Of a stretch of DNA of 64,000 nt, positions 50,435 to 63,835 are shown piece after piece. Source of the DNA: Chiloscyllium plagiosum. Its lineage: Eukaryota. The notes below the pieces were generated by a model. It did no database searches. It was not told the DNA's origin and saw nothing but the letters and a program-made list of their open reading frames with translations. The stretch is taken from NCBI RefSeq assembly GCF_004010195.1, contig NC_057753.1, positions 818,330-882,329 on the forward strand. The letters run 5' to 3'. Position 1 is the first letter of the stretch. Each line of letters begins with the position of its first letter. The translations under genes were made by a program, and so were the position numbers.

Positions 50435-51240
50435 ATCATGAAGTATTTGAAAGTACTGGATACAGCAAAGGCTATTGTTTCCGCCAATGTCCACACAGTA
50501 GTTACAAATTTAAATGCTCCTTATCTTTCCGTTACAAGCGCCTCCAGTACAACTAAAATGCTGCCAGCTTACAGCAACAGAGAACCCTTCCCAGATGTAC
50601 CCTGTCCGGGGATACATGGCAAAAACAAAAACAGAAAATAGGACCACAGTTGAAAAAAAGGGGCAATCTCAGCGATACCGCAATTAAAAATAACATGCTC
50701 TCAGGATCTCAGCTTGCAACTTCATTACAATTGTACCTAAAATATGAAACTATGTGGCTCATCTATTTCTTTTTCTGGTTGTGTATATCTCCCAGGATTG
50801 TTCGTGACGGGGGAATGTAGTGATTCTCATGCTATCAAGTGGTGATAGCAAGGTCCTTTCGTGTTGCAGATGGTTATTGGCTGAGCATGTGACGTGCTAC
50901 TATTTGCCATTTTCGAGCCTAACTGGGCATTATCCAGGTCGTGCTGCATTTCTTCAGTTTCTGTGGAGTTGTGAATTGTACTGAATGTCGTGCCTTCTTC
51001 AGCGAGCATCACATTTCTGATCTGAAGATGATTAATGAAGCAGCGGAAGATGGTTGAACATATGACATTACTTTGATTAATTCCGGCAGAGATGTATTGG
51101 AGTTTAAATATCTGATTTCCAATAGCTACAGCCATCCTACTTTGTAATCAGTATGACTTAAGCCAGTGAAGAGTTTTGATTCCCATCGATTTTAGTTTTG
51201 TGAGGGCTTCTTCATTCTACACGCGATCAAATGTGGCCTT
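50435..51240. mobile_element. Old CR1/L2 RT fragments on both strands
   Basis: LKVLDTAKAIV (+); TIFRCFINHL..MQHDLDN (-). Confidence 0.65.
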
Positions 51241-51247
51241 GATATGA

Positions 51248-52030
51248 ATTGAATTTATTGTCACGTATGCCGAGGCACAGTGAAAAGCTTTCCCTTGCGA
51301 TCAATATAGGAAGATCACAGAGCCAAGTGGCATAGATAGTAAATAATAGGTAAACCTTTACGGGTCAGTGTTAGGAGTTTAGTGAGTTCATTCAGTATCC
51401 TAACAACAGTAGGGTAGAAACTGTTACAAAACCGACTGGTGTGCGTGTTCAGGCTTCTGTACCTTCTCACCGATAGTAGAGGTTGTAGAAAAAAACATTG
51501 ACAGGGTGGGATAGATCTTTAAGAATGCTTCCGGCTTTTCCTTGACAGCAGGCCTGGTAGATGGATTTTATAGATGGGAGGTTGGCCTTTCAGATTGGCC
51601 TGGCCGAGTTCATCACTCTCTATAACCATCTCCAATCTTGAACGGTACAGTTGCCATACCAGGTAGTGATACATCCAGACATAATGCTCTCCATGGTGTA
51701 CCTATAGTAGGTGGCAAGGGTATTCGCCGTCATGTCAAAGTTTTTCAGTTCCTGTGGAAGAAGATACGTTGTTGGGCCTTTGTAACCATTGCATCCACAA
51801 GAACGCTTGTTCTTGATGACCACTCCCAGGAGCTTAACACTCTCCACTCGTTCAACCTCTCTGTTGTTAATGTGTAGCTGGGCATGAGTAACATCCGCCA
51901 AAAGTCAATAATGAGTTCCTTGGTTTTGCTATCATTGAGAGCGAGGTTGTTCTGAGTGCACCATTTTTCCAGGTCTTCCACCTCCGGTCTGCAGTCTGTT
52001 CCATCACCTTCTGAGATTCGAGCAGAAGGA
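51248..52030 (-). mobile_element. Rex1/Babar-type LINE 3' fragment
   Basis: WCTQNNLALNDSKTKELIIDF, VERVESVKLLGV, YRYTMESIMSGCITTWYGNC. Confidence 0.85.
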
Positions 52031-53067
52031 CTGACTCTTCTGCTTCAACTCTGGAATTGAGCAGATTTGTCCACATTTGAACTAAAACGGCACTGATGTC
52101 AAGATCTAAGCAGCCTTGGCAGGTGTCATACTTACTGCAAAGCAATTAGTTCTTTTTAACACTGTTGAAGAGCCATACCAGCACTTTGCGAGTGCTCGAG
52201 ATGTAATGATTGTGTAAACATTGTTCAGAATGGAAATAGCGAGGCAATGTCCGTCATTGCTGTTTAGATGGCATGATTGCAGCTTTGCCAGGACAACTTG
52301 GCGCGATGGACAACAGGTTTTGCAAAACAAACATTGAGTACATTCGGAGGAAATTTGTAAGTTCTCATTGAATTATCCGGAGTCTCCAAACATTTGATAG
52401 AATGACCAAGAATGAATCGAAACTGAAGACTGACATCTTTGAATTCTGGTGCCTCAGCAGGAGCAGAAATATAAGAAGTAATCTGACCACCTTCTCATGT
52501 ACAACAAGGAATGGGCAGTAAGTGCTAGCTCAACTGTGATATACATATCCCATGAATTAACCATTTTTTTAAAAAAAGCAGTATTCCAATTTTCAATGCA
52601 CGTATGTACTTTGGCAGAAAGAGATAGGGTGTGCTTGGGATGAAATAAATCATAAGTTTCCTTCCAAAGTTGGTATAATATCATGTTTTCTCACGCATTT
52701 TAAGAAGCTGCAATGGAACTTGCTGACAGAAATGTGGGAGTTTCTCCTGATAGTATGGAGTTATTCAAGAAGATGCCTGTCTGTTATCTTCTCAGGAATA
52801 ATTTGGAACTGTAACCAAAACAGGACAAACCATTTTCGGCTCTTTTGCAAATTGCGAGTTCAAATATCAATTAAAAAAAAACTTGATCTAAAAGAGGTTA
52901 CGTTGCCCATGTGCAGATCGTGGTAACTGAGGTGCATTCTCCCAGTTAGATGTTGTTTTGTGGCAAATTCTGAGTTTTTATAAATTGAAAAGATTGTTCT
53001 GGACGGTAACTGATATAAGGAACTTTAGTTATTGATTTTGCCGGAGCGGGAAGTTAAAGGCAAAAAG

Positions 53068-53340
53068 AGACCCAAGAAACGAGCTAGCTCCTTCTTTTAG
53101 TTTCCTTATGATACAGAAACATTGAGCCATTTGTGGCATCGCGGCAAACCCAACAGTATGTTGCTGTGAGCACTGCAACTATTGATTGGCTGAACTGCAG
53201 TCAGTGTTTATGTTTAGAAAAGTTAAACATTTTAACCTGTGTCCACGTATTTGGTAGACTGCAGTTGTTTGTTTTGTTTAATTGTGGTCTCACATAAAAT
53301 ATATCAAATCGTGTGCACGAAATAATGAGGGTCATTAAAC
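53068..53340 (-). pseudogene. Possible V-domain exon relic (TCR gamma/VH-like)
   Basis: ttgcag acceptor, phase 1, Cys at codon 27 (YVRPQLNKTNNCSL); RDATNGSMFL then shifted IIRKLKEGASSFLGS (~KL.EGDS...C); no Trp at the expected place. Confidence 0.28.
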
Positions 53341-53821
53341 CTGCAACAGAACTTACATTTATTTAAGTGTTCCCCTGTCTCGTGATGGCTACAGAGCTTC
53401 ACAAACAACGAGCATTCTTGTAGGAACTGCTGTGAAAAATATATCATAGATACATTGTTTTAGTCTTGAAAACTAATTCTAAATATTATTTCCTGATACA
53501 TTTGCTTATGCATTCCATGTTTCATATTCGTCAGACACTACCAGAATTGCTAATGCATTCAAATTTACTCCCACTCTGGCATTATTAGGAATTCTAATCG
53601 TTACTGCAAAACTATCAATTGAAAGGAGAAAATATCAATGGACAAAAAAAATGAAAGAACTGCGAAAGCTGGATATCCGAAACAAAAGTAGAAATAGCTA
53701 GAAAATTTCACCAGGTGTGGCAGCATCTGTGGTCAGAAATCAGATTTGGTGTTTCGAATTCTGTGACTCTGCTTAACGACCAGACTTGCTGAGATTTTCA
53801 AGCACATTTTGTTTGTGTTTG

Positions 53822-54470
53822 TGTTATGGACTCGGCAAGACCACTCATAACATTCGTAAGCAGGCAGCACAGACCATGACTATGCAATTTGTTTCGATAT
53901 GTATACAGTGAAACTTACCCAGAGTAAGTTAGCTACGTTGACTACAAGGTTTTAAAACAGAGAGAAATTTATTCCCAAAATTAAGGAATGAGTTACAAAG
54001 AACAGAACAAAGAATGTTTACTGAACCCAGTCACTCCAAACTACATTAATTATGATGTTGAGAATGTACACAACAGTTCAATAAACAAACTCCTTAAACA
54101 AAGTAAAATGAAACAAAGCTTACAGGTGGAGGTTAGAAGTGCAAAAGGAGAAAAAGCTTAGCAGCATTTCTTCACAGAGTCCACAGCTGAAATCACTAAC
54201 TAGCTTTGGACTGAACTGCTCAGCTAGAGCAGATAGAGCTAGAGCACGTCCCCTTGGGTTATACAGGTTATTTCTACAACATGAACACTTTGGCCTGAAG
54301 TCTCATCTGTTTACATACAAACAAAAGGCCTCTCAATACCCTTTAACCTCTGTACCAAACTAATCTAATCTGAGCCGGGAGCTGTTAACGACCCCTCTGC
54401 AAAACAAAAAGGACACAATGTCTTCGAGAAAAGGAACCACTTTTAGAAAAAATGTACTAGCTTTATGACA
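53822..54470. mobile_element. Solo LTR (Gypsy-like), 649 bp
   Basis: TGTTAT...ATGACA termini (TG..CA, short inverted repeat) flanked by a TTTG 4-bp target-site duplication at 53818-53821 and 54471-54474. Confidence 0.8.
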
Positions 54471-54474
54471 TTTG

Positions 54475-55840
54475 GAAGGGAGACTCCACAGTATGTTGCT
54501 GGGATTGAAATATTTTACCTATGAAGACAGATAGGACAAACTGCATTCTTTACACAGAGGATACTGGGGTGGGGGGTGAGGGCAAGCAAATGGAGATGTA
54601 AGAGATTCTGATGGCCATATGTAAAGTAGATCGGAGCAGCGTTTCACTTCGTCTAAAGATTCACTAACAATGAAGCATATAATTAAATTTAAGGACATCA
54701 AGTTGGATGACAAAGCAGGAAAGAAAATTTGACCAGAGTGTGGTAATTATCTGGAACACATATCTTGGAAGTTTAGGAGAGCTGAAAAATTTGAAAATCG
54801 TCAAAGAGTATTTTCATGAACATTTGAAATATCATACAATCATCAGACCTTAACAGAAAGAGCAGGTTGACGTCATTTAGCCAAGCAAGAGCTCTATTAT
54901 TCAATCGTGATTGGTTCATTTCTTACCCTTTCATTGCCCTGCCTTCTTTTTGTATTCTTTGATCCCCTTATAGATTAACAACGGACCTGCACTGTCTTAA
55001 CTACAGTCAAGGACTTGATGTCCACACCTTTCTGTAGCAATGAATTCCACAGATTCAACACTCTCTCGCTTATGAAACACCTTCTCATCTCTACTCATTT
55101 TGAATTTACGACCTGGGATCCTCGCCTCTCCTCCCAGTGAAAACATCTGGTACACGTCCGCTCTGCAAAACGTCTCAGTATTCTGTAAGTTTCATTCAGA
55201 TTCCTCACCCCTCATCCTTCTAAACTTCATTGAGTCTGGACTGAGAATCCTCAAGTGCTTCTCACCTGACAAGCCCTGCGCTTCCATGATCATTCTTGTC
55301 AACCTCCTGTGGAACACCTTCAAGAGCAGTGCATCAATTTTTCAGGTACAGCACCGAAATCAGCTCACAAAATTTCAAATGCATGTCTGACCACAGCCGA
55401 CTCTAACCTAAGAACTACATCCCTGCACTTGTAGTCTATCTCTATTAAAATGACCGATAATTTTGCAATTGCCTTTTAAACTGACAACGAAATCTGCATC
55501 GAAACTTAACACAATCCTGAACCAGTACTCCTTGTGGTTTCTGATTTCCAAATCATTTTGAAAACAGTCTGTGCCTCTATTCATCCTGCTAAAGTTCATA
55601 AACTTACTTTTCCGCATTTATTCCATCTGCCAATTCTTTGCTCATTCTCCTCCCTGATCAAATCGATCTGAATCATCCCCAATTTCACAAAACAAACTGT
55701 CCCTCCCCTGCCTTTTTATGATCTGCAAATAAAACAACAATGCTGTGAGTCGTTTCGTCCAGAACGTAAAAACATAGCATTAATTATTATTAACCAAATA
55801 CTGACACTCGCAGACCTCCATGAGTCAGAGTTTGCCATCA
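54475..55840. mobile_element. Two CR1/L2-group 3' fragments, tail to tail (+ 54475-54830, - 54835-55840)
   Basis: tatgttgctgggattg, accagagtgtggtaattatctggaac (+); gaattccacagattc, cctcatccttctaaac, tccatctgcca (-). Confidence 0.7.
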
Positions 55841-57339
55841 AAAAAGAAAGGTTCAATTACTGGGAAGTAGGACTAATGTAGAAATTATCTGCTGACCTAA
55901 TGGGCTGAAGGGCATCATCTGTGTTGCGTGACTCTTTCGCTGTTGTGGTCCCTCCAGAGTAAGGGGACAGTTAGCAAATTTTGCTTTTTTATTTTTGTGT
56001 TAATGATCTTCAGATTTATACATGGCTCCCTTTGGCTCCATTATAGCGAGGGCTAATTGATGCTACTCTCCTTCAAATGCCTCCTTGACATGAAGGGCAG
56101 GCAATACCACCTCATCACTGGTATTCAGATTCTATTCTTAATTTTTGATTGTTGTTGAAATTTGATCAACAACCCACTGATTCTGGCTGAACTGAAACTG
56201 AGCGTCAATGAGCAACTTCTTGCAAGGTACGTGCTGTTTTTCAGTACTTTTGATTCGTGTTTTTTCACTTCCAATCATCTAGATTAAGCCGATTTGCCAG
56301 TAATTAGAGGATTCGATGTGTTCTACCTTTTCTGAAAATGACATAACTCAGCAGTTCTCAATATTTTCGAGCAAATTCCACCGTTTCAGCTGTACTGGAA
56401 CAGTTGATTCGGGTCATGGCAAAGTTCTCGAACTTTGGTCATCAATACTAGTGGCAGAACTTTATCAGAGGTTTTGTCGTGAATGGTGTCAGACTCCTTG
56501 CATGATATCGGAGCTGGCTGATCCGGGCAAGTCAAGCACTAGGCACTTCATAGAATAATATTATACCAACTGTACGGAAGTGGTCGTAGGATTGGAAATT
56601 ACTGTTTAAGGGGCCTTTGTGAATATCTATAGTGTGTTGTGTCGACAATGCTCATCGCAGTTATTGATTATCACGAAAGGAAGCAGTAAATAATTGTCCA
56701 ATTTGGTGCCAATCGAGCGACCTGCTCTCTCTACGAAAGTGTAAAACTCCTTGAGGATCTTTGGAGTTGACTGATCCAGGCTACTGAGAGTAATCGAGTT
56801 GAGGACAAGTCTTTTCAGGATCCACTGTCAACAGTCACCCATTTTATTTTTGTTCATTCATGCGATTTGGTAGTCAATAACTGGACCAGTATTTATTTCC
56901 CATTTCTAATTACTTTTAAGAATATGGTGGTGAACATATTTCTTGAATTTTTGCAGTCCATTTAATGAAAGCACGAACTATATTTTTAAGAAGTGAGTTC
57001 CAGAATTTTCACCGTGCGACGTCAGAAAAATAGTGGTTTAGTTCCAGATGTTGATGATGAGTGTCTTGGATGGGGACCTGAGTTGGTAATGTGCACATAC
57101 AGATGCAGTCGCTGTCATTCTCTATGGAATTAGTTGTAACATTGAAAGTTAGTGTGTAAAGCCCCTTGGAAAATTGATATGACACTTTTCGCAGAAAGTG
57201 CACACTTCAGTTACTGAGTATCATGAAAGAAAGCAGTAAATGGATTTGGAGCCATTCAAGCGACCCCCTTTGTCCTGGTCGATGACTAACTCCATGAGTG
57301 ATGTTGAGTTGACTGACCTGGGCATATCAAGAATATTCT

Positions 57340-57620
57340 AGAAGAGGCCGACAATGCAGATAGAGGAAATTGGGCCAATCGAGTCTGCACAACCCACACG
57401 CAGGTCCATTCTCCACTGCAGTCCCGTAATCCCATTAATATGCATTACCACGGCAACGTCTCCTGACCTGCACATCTGCTGACACCACGGGGTCATATTT
57501 CACCATGGTCAATTATCTAAACCACATTTCTTTGGATTCTGGGTGATCCCACTGAGCCGCAAAGAGAACGTGTAAACTCTACACTAACAATCACCAAAAA
57601 TTGGAATCCAGCAAGGTAGT
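57340..57620 (-). mobile_element. Degenerate SINE
   Basis: acctgcacatct, gagaacgtgtaaactctacac, ggaatc match the reverse of the HE1-like body. Confidence 0.55.
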
Positions 57621-58458
57621 TATCCCTGTATTGAATTTAATTGACTTAGCTTTATTGTCACATACGGCCAAATGAGTGCAGTGAGAAGTTTGAAAATTGC
57701 CTCATAATAACCACATCGTCAGTACGCGATGCAGATAATTAATTAAATGCTATAAAATAAGAAAAGAAAAGACTACCAGAATCGTAAATATGCTACTAGC
57801 ATTCTTTCATGCATACGTCTTTGAACGGGATTTGAACTCCTTTCCAGATGTTTAGTGTAGATTGGCAGAGCAGAATTATGAGATTGCTGAGGGTTTTGCA
57901 ATTCACTGTTGATCACTGATCATGGCGCTTTATTCATCATCTTACCATCCTCCCGTGCTTCTTTCACCAGGAGAGAGTAGTGATTCATTGGTTGAGGAGG
58001 TAGTATATTTTTGATCAGATGCCATGAGATGTCAACAAGTTCAGGGTCAATGTTGTGGACTATTAGGTCAACTCTCTCCCGACTGATTTTTCATTGTGTC
58101 ATCAAATCTGTTGGTATGCCCTAGACGTGGGAAATGAATAACTTCCAGATGGTGAAGGAGGTGTTTGGGGCATTATGTCGACGTACAAGAAAATGTCATA
58201 CGCACGTTTGATTTAACTGAGAGACAGTGTCTCCAATTCTATCACTAATTCCAAGATACAAGGGATGTGGTAATGTAGATTCGACAGTGCTCGGCTTGCT
58301 GTTGTCGCTTCCTATGCCTTAGTTCTTGCCATTTGTCTGTTTGGTTTCTGTTCAGAACTTTCTCGAAATGTGTGTTATAGAATGGTATGTTGGGCCTTTG
58401 AAAAGTAAAGTTAAAATTCACTACGTCACTCAGAGTAATCAGAGATGAACAGCACTTT

Positions 58459-58729
58459 GGGCGGCATGGTGACACAGTGGTTAGTATTGCTGCCTTACAG
58501 CACCAGAGGCCCGGGTTCAATATCCTGCATCAGACGACTGACTGTGTGGAGTTTGCACATTCTCCCCGTGTCTGTGCGGGTTTTCTCCGGGTGCGTGGAT
58601 TTCCTCCCACAGTCCAAAAATGTGCAGGTTTGGTGAATTGGCCGTGCTTAATTGCCCATAGTGTTAGAAGGGTGGGTCGGTGTGGACTTGTTGGGCCGAG
58701 AGGCTTGTTTCAACACTGTAAGTAATCTA
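58459..58729 (+). mobile_element. Full-length HE1-like SINE (tRNA head + LINE-derived tail)
   Basis: gggcggcatggt..cagtggttag (A box), ccgggttcaat (B box), ggagtttgcacattctcccc, ttgggccga..gtttcaacactgtaagtaatcta tail. Confidence 0.92.
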
Positions 58730-59470
58730 CACTTCTTACATTTTCCAATACGCCCACAATCCTGAACATCACAAAGGAAGTCTGGTTGTCTTCCATCCTA
58801 ACAGTCTTAATTTCTTCTTCAAAGTTGTAGCTCATCAACGTTTGTCGAGGAGGAAGACAGCTTGAAATGATTGAATTAATTATCTCGTCTTCCTTAAAAG
58901 CAAGATATACTTAAGGTCATCAGCAAAAATTTAGGGAACAGCCAATCAAAAAGTTCGGAGACTTTAAATAACTTAAATTACTCATAAAATAAAATTTCTT
59001 GCGTTGGAAACAAATGTTTTCTTTCTCACTCAAATGCAGGATACACTGAAAACAAATGTAGTTCACATTTGGGTTTAAATTATTCTGCTCAATACCATTG
59101 CTCAGAGATTGCTTTTGAGAAAGAGGCAGTCCGTTGAAGAGTTCCTTAAATCTTAAGGACTTCAGAATACCATGTGAAGCGGAATGTTATTCATGTCGTA
59201 AAAGTGTTCCTTTAAAATTCTGTGAAAAGCGATTAAAGTTAGTTCATAAAAGATTTATTCCAAGTCGAGAACAGTTCACCTGAAAGCATGTCTCATTTCT
59301 TGACAATATTCAAAGATTTTGAATTGTATCGATGCTTTTGGCTATTCAGTTGTTCTCTAATTCTGATGGGCTACTCATTCTACATTTATCTCTACAGGTG
59401 AACTAAACGTCACTAGTTGAGAACTTTACTGACGATAAACATTCAGAAAATGTGTGGAATTCTGCATCAG

Positions 59471-59790
59471 TGAAGACCAGAGACCAGTGGCACGAATATC
59501 AGTGACTGCACCTTTATCACGATACAATCTGAATGATGCGATGGAAACTGCTTGCTTAGCTTGCAACTTAAATCTTGGTTCCTTATGTTTTAGTTTTCAG
59601 TTGAATTCTACACAAATGCAAGAAACCATGAACTGGCGAAATTTCAAACCATAAATCGACATAAACTGAGAAAAGATCAATGACTGCTAATATGATTAGC
59701 TCGGATCTCACAAGAGTGGGAGGGTTTCTGTTTCGGGCCGTTGTTAATGATCAAGGTATTTACACGAAAATGAACGAGAAATGTTTTCCT
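59471..59790 (+). pseudogene. Possible Ig constant (C1-set) exon relic
   Basis: ARISVTAP..ETACLACNL...FSFQLN; shifted RISQEWEG then FRAVVNDQGIYT (~F.CVVNHQDLPT of shark IgM/IgW CH). Confidence 0.33.
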
Positions 59791-61549
59791 ACCTCTTTCA
59801 TGAACACAAAATACGAATCCCAGAACGTCAATTTCCCCAATATTCTTGAATTCCTTCGCAAGTGTATTCAGGCTTTCCTCTACGAGCAAAAAAACACCGA
59901 CGTAATTCAAAACTTTCATAGCAGAACAATCTAAAACAAAATTTACAATGAAAGTACACAATTCTTTGGTCGATAGTTATATCACAAAAAAACCTCCACA
60001 TGATATTCTGTAGTTGAAACTGTAGTCAAAGCTTTATGTTGATGACAATGACATTAGTGGATCAGAACAGGGAATCTTCACGTAAGCATGTACATATAAA
60101 GATATACATGGGCAAGAAACCAAACTTTGTGCTTCTTCCCTTACAAATGTAATGGAAGTCGCATCCACTGTGATTTTACTTGTCTAAGGACTTGGTGTAA
60201 TTGCAAAAACTAGGTAGGGTCTGATGACTGCCATCCTTGCCCTGAAGTGAAACTGCCAAACCTGGCCTCATGTCTCAGTCCATGATTATTCATTATGAGT
60301 CGGATTTATTCCTAGAAGCTATCACTGACATAATAATAATAATATTGTGAGGCTTTTGGACACATGTTTCAAAATGATCCATTGACTATCCGCCCAAAAC
60401 AAAAATCGGGCAGCAAACAACTTACATTGCAGCCTGCATAATATATTTGCTTGCATATATAATATGAGTTTTACTTCTTTTGTCAAAACGATGCCACTTT
60501 TGAGATTTTATGTGAACTTTAATTGATTTATGCAGGTGTATTAGAATCGATTTTTCTTAAAAAGGGACAGATTCCAGGACAGTACTAAGCCACCGTACCA
60601 AATCAGCCATTTATGTAACACATGCTCGTTCCGTATGTTAAAACTTGAACCCTACCTTCTTTTAAAAACTTTTATGAAATTTGCAAAGCTATATTTGTAC
60701 TGATTTACTTAAATAAACAGACACAATCAATACAACCACTTGTCCACTTTCCCAGTCAGTGCAATTAACATGCATGCAACGGTAGACTTCGTGTGCATCC
60801 TCACTTTGAAAGATGCTACTGTCTTGTAATTAGAATTATGTCACTAACAATGCAACGTTAAACTTTGCTAACATAATGTCCTGGACTACAATAAAAATGA
60901 TTGATGTTTTATTTCTTTGTTACTCTGAAGTCCTGCCTTTTCATCCAACAAACGCTTTTCAAATATATTCTTTCCAACTTTTAGCTTTCTTCAATTGTTA
61001 AGTTTTTTAAAAATTCGGTCTGAATTGCCATGACCGTTACAACATACACAAATAAATTAATTTAGGGGTTAAAGTCAATCAAACAACAATGCACAGAAAA
61101 CCATTCATCAGGGAGTGTGGAAGACCTATCAATTGATTTTACTTTTCAATTCATTTTAGGGATATGTGTGAAACTGTTATGTTGAACTAGTACACACATG
61201 TAATTGCTTTTAAGAGATGCGAATGAGCGCATCAACTTAACTTCTAAAACCTATGTCATGGACCTGCACATCCAATTATGTCAGTAAGGGAGCTTGACGA
61301 TTCTGATTCAGTGTCAATGAAGATATACTGAATAGAATTCAATGTTACTATGATCAGGGACTTGCATGGGAACGCACATGTGTTAGTTATCTCTTGCTCA
61401 TTCTTTCCATTTAGTTCCAGGCCGCACAACTCAAGCGTTTGCAGTTGAAGAGTAAAATTTCAAATTTTCATAAATTGAAAAGCCATGGAAAGGCAATGTT
61501 ACAGTGTTGCGGAATTTAAGAAAATAGCAAAATCCAGACTTTAGTTCCA

Positions 61550-62530
61550 AGTCAACTGTTCTTCGTCATATATATAAATGATTTGGATGTGAAGATAGGA
61601 GGTACAATTGGCAAGTTTGGAAATTACTCCAAAATTGGAGGTGTAGTGGACAGTGAAGAAGGTTGTCTTGGAGTAGAAACGAATCTTAATAAGATAGGCC
61701 GATGGGTCGAGCAGTGACAGAGTTTAATTCAGATAAATGTGAGATGCTGCATTTTCGATTGGGAAGTCGGATCAGGACATATACACATAATGGGAAGGTG
61801 TTTGGGAGTGTTGCCCAACCAAGAGACCTTGGAGTACAGATTCGTTTTTGCTGAAACGTGGAGTCACAGTTAGATAAGATAGTGAACAGGTTGTTTGGTA
61901 TGCTTTCCTACATTGATCAGATAATTGAGAATAAGAATTGGAACGTCATATTGTGGCTGCACAGGACATTGGTCAGACTGTGTTTGGAATAATGTATGCA
62001 AATCTAGTGTCCCTCCTCTATGAAGGATGTGGTGAAACGCGAACGTGTTTAGAAAAGATTTACAAGGATACTGCCAGATTTAGTGCATCTGATCTAAATG
62101 GAGAAGTTGAATAGGCTGGGGCTGTTTTATTTGGAGCATGGAGGAAAAGAGGTTACGTTATAGAAGTTTATAAAATCATGAGGGGTGTGGATAGGGATAA
62201 TAGACAAGATCTTTTCCCTGGGAATGGTGAGTCCACATCTAGAGGGCATAGGTTTAGGGTCAGAGGCGAAAACATAAAAGGGACCTAAGGGATAACTTTA
62301 TCGTGCAGAGGTTGGTGTGCATATGGAATGAGTTATCAGAGGAAGTGGTGGACAGTGGTACAATTGCAACTGAAAAGTCATCTCGATGGGTATGTAAATA
62401 GGAAGGGTTTCATGGAAGATTGGCAAAACAATCGCAAATGGAACAAGAATAGTTTAGGATATCTGGTTGGCATAGACGAGTTCTTCCACAAGATCTGTTT
62501 CTTTTTTGTCTATCTCAATGACTCTATGTC
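61550..62530 (+). mobile_element. CR1 RT to 3' end
   Basis: atatataaatgatttggatgtg (YINDLD), gataaatgtgag, ctagagggcataggtttaggg, atgactctatg tail. Confidence 0.92.
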
Positions 62531-63619
62531 ACTGACATTGGAAAAAAATCCTCAGAATATGTGCTATGCTTCAAACTTATGATCAGAATGCATGGATTAT
62601 TCCGTCATCAGCTTGGGGCTCAACATTGACCAATGTTTTACATGGCCTCGCCATTTAAATATACACCGAAGAATTGCAGATGCACGGAAGCTGGAAGGCA
62701 GAGAAACTCAGAAGACGTAGCAGCATCTGTCGATTAAAAACACGAATTCATGTTGTGAGTCTGGAAATTCTTCGTCTGCTGTCATGTTTTGTCTAAAATA
62801 ACCCCAGTGTGAACCTTTGTGGTGGGTAAGTGAACACCCTGCGAAACAAAGGCGAAGGATGGAATAGAGAGAAAGTGATGGCTGCACCAGTGATGTTCTA
62901 GACCCAAGAACGAATTCAGAAACTAAGTGTTGAAATAATGTTATCGGAAATAACATCAACATATTCGTGCAATAATGTCATTTGAAAATTTCCAGAGGCA
63001 CATTCTTGAAATGGTTATAAGGATTTAGAGTGAAAACATCATTTGGCATTATTATTTTGTTAATACTCACATTTCATTCTTATGCCTTACGGTATGCAGT
63101 GCACGGCCAATTTTCAGCATGCTATCATTTTAAAATAAATAACCTTTCACTTATTTTCACGTTTAATCCCCCAGAAACACTATTAATACAGCACTTTTTA
63201 TAAAGAAAACGACCATAATTAATAAAATGGGATTTCAGTATGCAGTGTCCAGTAACTTTTGTTGAAATTTTTAATTTATCACTCATTAAACTGGAAACTG
63301 ATTGAAGCTACTCCCACGTGACAGCAGTAACACCCTTGTGTACATTAACAGTAAGCGAAATTTAGTTTCTTCAAAATGTCGACCGCTTCACAAAAAATGT
63401 GCTTTAGTGCTACATTTCTGATGCACTATCCTGTTAAAATTACAGGAAAGTGGATTTACAAGCATGCTGGGTAGTTTGTCCTGCTCACAGCCAATCCAGT
63501 TATGTGAAAACAAACAATGACGTATGATTACGTTAAAAATAGTTTGAAATTAACAGAAAGAAATCAAAAATTAAGCGGTTAAATATACTTGAAAAATTAT
63601 AGATTCAAGTATCAGAATG

Positions 63620-63835
63620 CGCCACCTGATGCAAAGTTTCAATAACTTGCCTCTTACTATTCATGTGGACTTGGAAAATGCCCAGGAAATTCCCAAAGAT
63701 TATTACTTTCGCTGGTTTCCACGACTTAATACATGGCAAAATACAGGATTTCTGACTTAAACGTTTAGCTCTGAATGAAAAACTAGCATATTATCTTTCT
63801 GTCAAGATTAACTAAACGGAATTAAACTGATATCT
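63620..63835 (+). pseudogene. Possible TCR alpha/delta-like V relic
   Basis: Frames give CKVSITCLLLFMW..KMPRKFPKII and SYY...PGNSQRLLLS; later SVKIN*TEL-TD (~LKIS.TELTDSA). Confidence 0.25.

Noticed and set aside
52160..52360. Cys-rich TNFR-like or anaphylatoxin-like peptide (CECSRCNDC; HCCLDGM)
   Set aside because: Two incompatible readings in different frames; Cys pattern incomplete
59957..60213. RSS/J candidates (CACAATT..ACAAAAAAA; CACTGTG + 41 nt + gt)
   Set aside because: Spacer is 20 nt, or the nonamer is absent; no FGxG/WGxG
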